Shown: one piece after another, positions 60,712 to 64,000 of the stretch
How positions within the stretch are numbered: the stretch's first letter is position 1
Layout of the letters: every line of letters starts with the position of its first letter
Assembly (NCBI GenBank): GCA_913774955.1
Contig: CAJYKV010000007.1
Span: forward strand, 333,693-397,692
Direction of reading: 5' to 3'
Source of the DNA: an uncultured Acidovorax sp.
GTDB lineage: Bacteria > Pseudomonadota > Gammaproteobacteria > Burkholderiales > Burkholderiaceae_C
DNA: 64,000 nt
Notes under the pieces: model-generated
Database searches by the model: none
Told to the model about the DNA's origin: nothing
The model's input: only the letters and a program-made list of their open reading frames with translations
Program-made: the position numbers and the translations under genes

Positions 60712-61179
60712 ATGGATATTCGGTATCCCCTCGCCAGGGGCCTGGCGGCATGCACCGCCCTGGCGGCGGCACTGCTGGCGGGCTGCGCCGCGCCCGCCCA
60801 GCGGCAGGTGCTGTCCACCACGCAGATCTACCCCGCGATCGGCCCGTACTCGCAGATGGTGGCGCACGGCAACACGGTCTATTTCTCCGGCGTGCTGCCC
60901 CTCAATGCCGCCGGCAATGCGGTGCAGGGCACCACCATCGAGGAGCAGACCCGCGCCGTGCTCGACTTCATCGGCGCGAAACTGCGCTCGCAGGGGCTGT
61001 CGTACGACGACGTGCTCTCCACCACGGTCTACATGAAGGACCTGGGCGAGTTCGCCGCCATGAACAAGGTGTACGGCGAGTACTTCCGCAGCGCGGCGCC
61101 CGCCCGCGCCACGGTGGAAGTCGCGCGGCTGCCGCGCGACGTGAAGATCGAGATCGCCGCCATCGTCGGGCGCCGCTGA
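60712..61179 (+). CDS. RidA family enamine deaminase with lipoprotein signal
   Basis: LLAGC lipobox; IGPYSQ, PARAT (catalytic Arg), KIEI; SD GGAGG. Confidence 0.88.
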   Translation: MDIRYPLARGLAACTALAAALLAGCAAPAQRQVLSTTQIYPAIGPYSQMVAHGNTVYFSGVLPLNAAGNAVQGTTIEEQTRAVLDFIGAKLRSQGLSYDDVLSTTVYMKDLGEFAAMNKVYGEYFRSAAPARATVEVARLPRDVKIEIAAIVGRR

Positions 61180-61213
61180 AAGCGCCCGCAGTCCCCCTTC
61201 CAGGAGCATTCCC

Positions 61214-62689
61214 ATGATCGAAACCTCTCCCCTGGCGGCCACCGGCGCTGCCCGCGATGTCCTCGTGCAGCCCGAGGCCGCCGGGCTCGCGCGCTGGAGC
61301 GCCAAGCGCCGCGACTTCCTGCGCATGATGGGCTACGGAGCGGGCGCCGCCACGCTGGGGCCGCTGGTCGCCGCCTGCGGCAGCAGCGGCGCGCAGACCG
61401 CCGCCGAGGCGCTGCGCGCACAGCTCGTGCGCGACGAGGCGTTCTGGACCGGCGTGCAGGACATGTTCGTCCTCAAGCCCGAGAAAACCTACATGAACAT
61501 CGGAACCGGTGGATCGATGCCCAAGCTGGTGCTCGACGTCTTCGATGGGGAGAACCGCAAGAAGGCCGCCGATTCGGGCAGCGGCTACGGCAACCTGCTC
61601 GACCTGCGCAAGCAGGTGGCGCCTGGCTTCGGCGTGGATGCGGACGAACTGGCCTTTTCCGCGAATACGTCATCGGGCATGTGCCACGCCATCCTCGGCA
61701 TCGACTGGCAGCGCGGCGACGTGGTCGTGACCACCAACCACGAGCACGGCGGCGGCGACACGCCGCTCAAGATCGCCACCGACCGCTACGGCATCGAGGT
61801 CTCGCGCATCGAGATGCCCGTGGGCAACAACCAGACCGCCGCCACCTACGTGAACCTGTTCGACGAGCGCATCCGCGCGCTCAAGGCCCAGGGCAAGCGG
61901 GTGCGCGCGATGATGTGGTCGTCGCCCACCTACAAGACCGGCACCATGCTGCCGATCGCCGACCTGATGGGCGTGGTGAAGGCGCACGGGCTCATCAGCA
62001 TCGTGGACGGCGCGCACCTGCCGGGCATGATGGCCTACAACTACGCCGAACTGGGCATGGATTTCATGTCAGGCGCCGGCCACAAATGGCAGTGCGGCCC
62101 GGGCTCCACCGGCATCCTGATCGTGCGCAACAAGATGCGCGCCTCCAATCCGCTGCCGCTGCCCAAGTGGTACCCCGTCCACACCAGCTCCTACGCCGCG
62201 AAGGACCGCACCACCAACGGCACCGAGACCTACGACATCGCCGCCACCATCACGAGCTGCGGCAGCCTGCACACGCCGATGTTCATGGCGCTCGCGCAGG
62301 CCTGCGCGCAGTGGGACGGCATCGGGCGCAAGAAGATCGAGACCTACGACCTCACGCTCTCGTCCTACCTCAAGGAGAAGATCGCCGAGCGGTGGGGCGT
62401 CGATGCGCTGTATTCGCCCAAGGACGATCCGAAGCTGCTGTCCGCGCTCACGTCCTTCAATCCGTTCCCCAACAAGGCCGACGTGATGAACGCGCAGAAG
62501 TCCACCGCCTTCGTCGCGCGCATGCTGAGCGACTATCCGCAGGGCTTCGTGATCCGCAACGCCGACTTCCCCGTCATCGGCGCGCCGGCCAACCACTACG
62601 GCATCCGCGTCTCCACCCACCTCTGGCACGACGCGCGCGACATCGATCTGCTGGTCGATGCGATGTGGGAGCTGTCGCGCAAGATCTGA
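61214..62689 (+). CDS. Class V PLP enzyme (CefD/cysteine desulfhydrase-like) with Tat lipoprotein signal
   Basis: KRRDFLR twin-Arg plus VAAC lipobox; TNHEH, VDGAH, GAGHKW PLP lysine. Confidence 0.85.
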   Translation: MIETSPLAATGAARDVLVQPEAAGLARWSAKRRDFLRMMGYGAGAATLGPLVAACGSSGAQTAAEALRAQLVRDEAFWTGVQDMFVLKPEKTYMNIGTGGSMPKLVLDVFDGENRKKAADSGSGYGNLLDLRKQVAPGFGVDADELAFSANTSSGMCHAILGIDWQRGDVVVTTNHEHGGGDTPLKIATDRYGIEVSRIEMPVGNNQTAATYVNLFDERIRALKAQGKRVRAMMWSSPTYKTGTMLPIADLMGVVKAHGLISIVDGAHLPGMMAYNYAELGMDFMSGAGHKWQCGPGSTGILIVRNKMRASNPLPLPKWYPVHTSSYAAKDRTTNGTETYDIAATITSCGSLHTPMFMALAQACAQWDGIGRKKIETYDLTLSSYLKEKIAERWGVDALYSPKDDPKLLSALTSFNPFPNKADVMNAQKSTAFVARMLSDYPQGFVIRNADFPVIGAPANHYGIRVSTHLWHDARDIDLLVDAMWELSRKI

Positions 62690-62726
62690 TGCGGGCGCCG
62701 CCCGGGCCTGCGGCGGCCGGGCCATG

Positions 62727-62762
62727 AAAAAAAGAGCGCGGGAATCGCTTCCCGCGCTCTTT
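62727..62762. terminator. Bidirectional Rho-independent terminator
   Basis: A7-GAGCGCGGGAA-TCGC-TTCCCGCGCTC-TTT between convergent genes. Confidence 0.85.
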
Positions 62763-62785
62763 CACCTTGGAGGCTGCCGCAGGGA

Positions 62786-63811
62786 TCAGAACCGGTGGCG
62801 GATGCCCAGGCCGATGCTGTTGCCCGTGCTGCGCGCGGTGATGCGGTCGTTCATCAGCATCGCGTAGACGTCGGTGCGCTTGGACACGAAGTGGTCGTAG
62901 CCGATGGTGAACGTCTTGCGGTCCATGTCGGTCTGGCTCATCTCGGTCTTCACCCACTCGACCAGCACCTTGCCGGACGGGCCCACGGGCACGGAGGCGC
63001 CGACCTGCATGGTCTTGGCCTTGTTGTCGGTGTTGTCCGCCTTGGCTTCGCCATAGCTCAGGAAGGGCTTGACCACGCCGAAGTCGTAGGCGCCCAGCAG
63101 CATCCAGTCCTTCTTGGTGGTGCCGAGGTAGGCACCCTGGCCGGGGTTGGCGATCTGGTCGCGCTCGTAGAAGCCGGCCAGCGTCAGCGGGCCGCCGAAG
63201 TAGAGGAAGTTCGCGCCCACGTTCTTGCGGCCGTTGTTGCCCGCCTGCTCGCCGAACTGGTACTGGATGTTGGCCGTGAAGCCGCCGATCTTCGGCGTGC
63301 TGTAGGCGATCTGGTTGCTCCAGCCCGTGTCGGCCGGCGTCGTCGCGGCCCAGCCCGTGCCGTTGAAGAGGGGCACGTTCATGTGCAGGATCAGCGGCGA
63401 GAACGTGAACGAGTCGCCCAGCGGGTTGCCCACCACGGACGGCAGGAAGTTGGGCGCCAGCCAGCGGCCCAGCAGCACGGAGCCGAAGTCGCCCGACAGG
63501 CTGACGTTGGCATCGCGCGAGAAGAAGGTGTCGCCCGTGAAGCGGCCCTGCGTGCCGGTGTCGACCTGCAGGAACGAAGTCAGCTGGAAGCTGGCCTTCA
63601 GGCCGCCGCCCAGGTCTTCCGTGCCCTTGAAGCCGAACCACGACGTGGTCAGGCCGCCGCTGTTGACCACCGAGCGGCGGTCCGCGTCACCGGCCATCTT
63701 CATGGAGCCCACGTAGGCGTCCGACAGCCCCGTCAGCTGGACCGAGCTCTGGGCGTGTGCACCGGCGGCGCACAGCAGTGCGGCGCTCAGGGCGATCAGG
63801 TTTTTTTTCAT
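62786..63811 (-). CDS. Gram-negative porin
   Basis: MKKNLIAL signal; SWFGFKGTEDLGGGL; SKRTDVY; GIRHRF terminal Phe. Confidence 0.93.
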   Translation of the reverse strand: MKKNLIALSAALLCAAGAHAQSSVQLTGLSDAYVGSMKMAGDADRRSVVNSGGLTTSWFGFKGTEDLGGGLKASFQLTSFLQVDTGTQGRFTGDTFFSRDANVSLSGDFGSVLLGRWLAPNFLPSVVGNPLGDSFTFSPLILHMNVPLFNGTGWAATTPADTGWSNQIAYSTPKIGGFTANIQYQFGEQAGNNGRKNVGANFLYFGGPLTLAGFYERDQIANPGQGAYLGTTKKDWMLLGAYDFGVVKPFLSYGEAKADNTDNKAKTMQVGASVPVGPSGKVLVEWVKTEMSQTDMDRKTFTIGYDHFVSKRTDVYAMLMNDRITARSTGNSIGLGIRHRF

Positions 63812-64000
63812 AGGATTCCCGTCCACAACGACAAACACACACAAAAGAAGGGGGAGGACCCCGGCACGGCCAGGAATTCCGTCCTCGGGGAGAAAATGTA
63901 ACCAGCAATTACCGTGCCGGTTCAACCGCGTGTGGAATGCGCGGCCCGGTGCTGCAAGAATGCGACACGGCCGTGCAGGCGCGCATCGCGGCGGGCGGCA

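Noticed and set aside
1-64000. CRISPR arrays, tRNA/rRNA genes, prophage genes, PIP boxes
   Set aside because: None recognised by eye; a tRNAscan/CRISPR finder run would be needed to exclude them formally

Overview
GC-rich (about 70% by eye) betaproteobacterial chromosomal segment. Gene content and style suggest Comamonadaceae (Acidovorax/Paracidovorax-like), which is an inference. Most of the window is housekeeping genes plus a large purine/allantoin catabolism and uptake region (nucleoside deaminases, NMT1-type ABC transporters, NCS1/NCS2 permeases, racemase, puuD, uraH, uraD fusion, puuE, xdhC, hyi-like, glycerate kinase). Two lower-GC accessory insertions interrupt it. (1) 34.9-37.1 kb: a tightly coupled four-gene minus-strand operon encoding TIR, ThsB-like TIR, caspase-like protease and a small RyR-repeat-like protein. 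It resembles type IV Thoeris (TIR-caspase) anti-phage defence but carries an extra gene, and it lies between an IS5 right-end remnant and a dead IS5. (2) 7.1-9.3 kb: a DUF6402 gene followed by three tandem paralogous membrane-anchored CxxC proteins, one of them a pseudogene. A second, IS-truncated DUF6402 plus a fourth paralog lies at 38.0-38.9 kb. Together these have the layout of a polymorphic toxin-immunity system. Also notable are a lipoprotein-signal RidA paired with a Tat-lipoprotein PLP enzyme (60.7-62.7 kb) and a recurrent TGYATRCA box, often overlapping sigma54-like promoters, upstream of purine genes. No tRNA, rRNA or CRISPR array was seen. All calls come from motif recognition only; no database searches were run.
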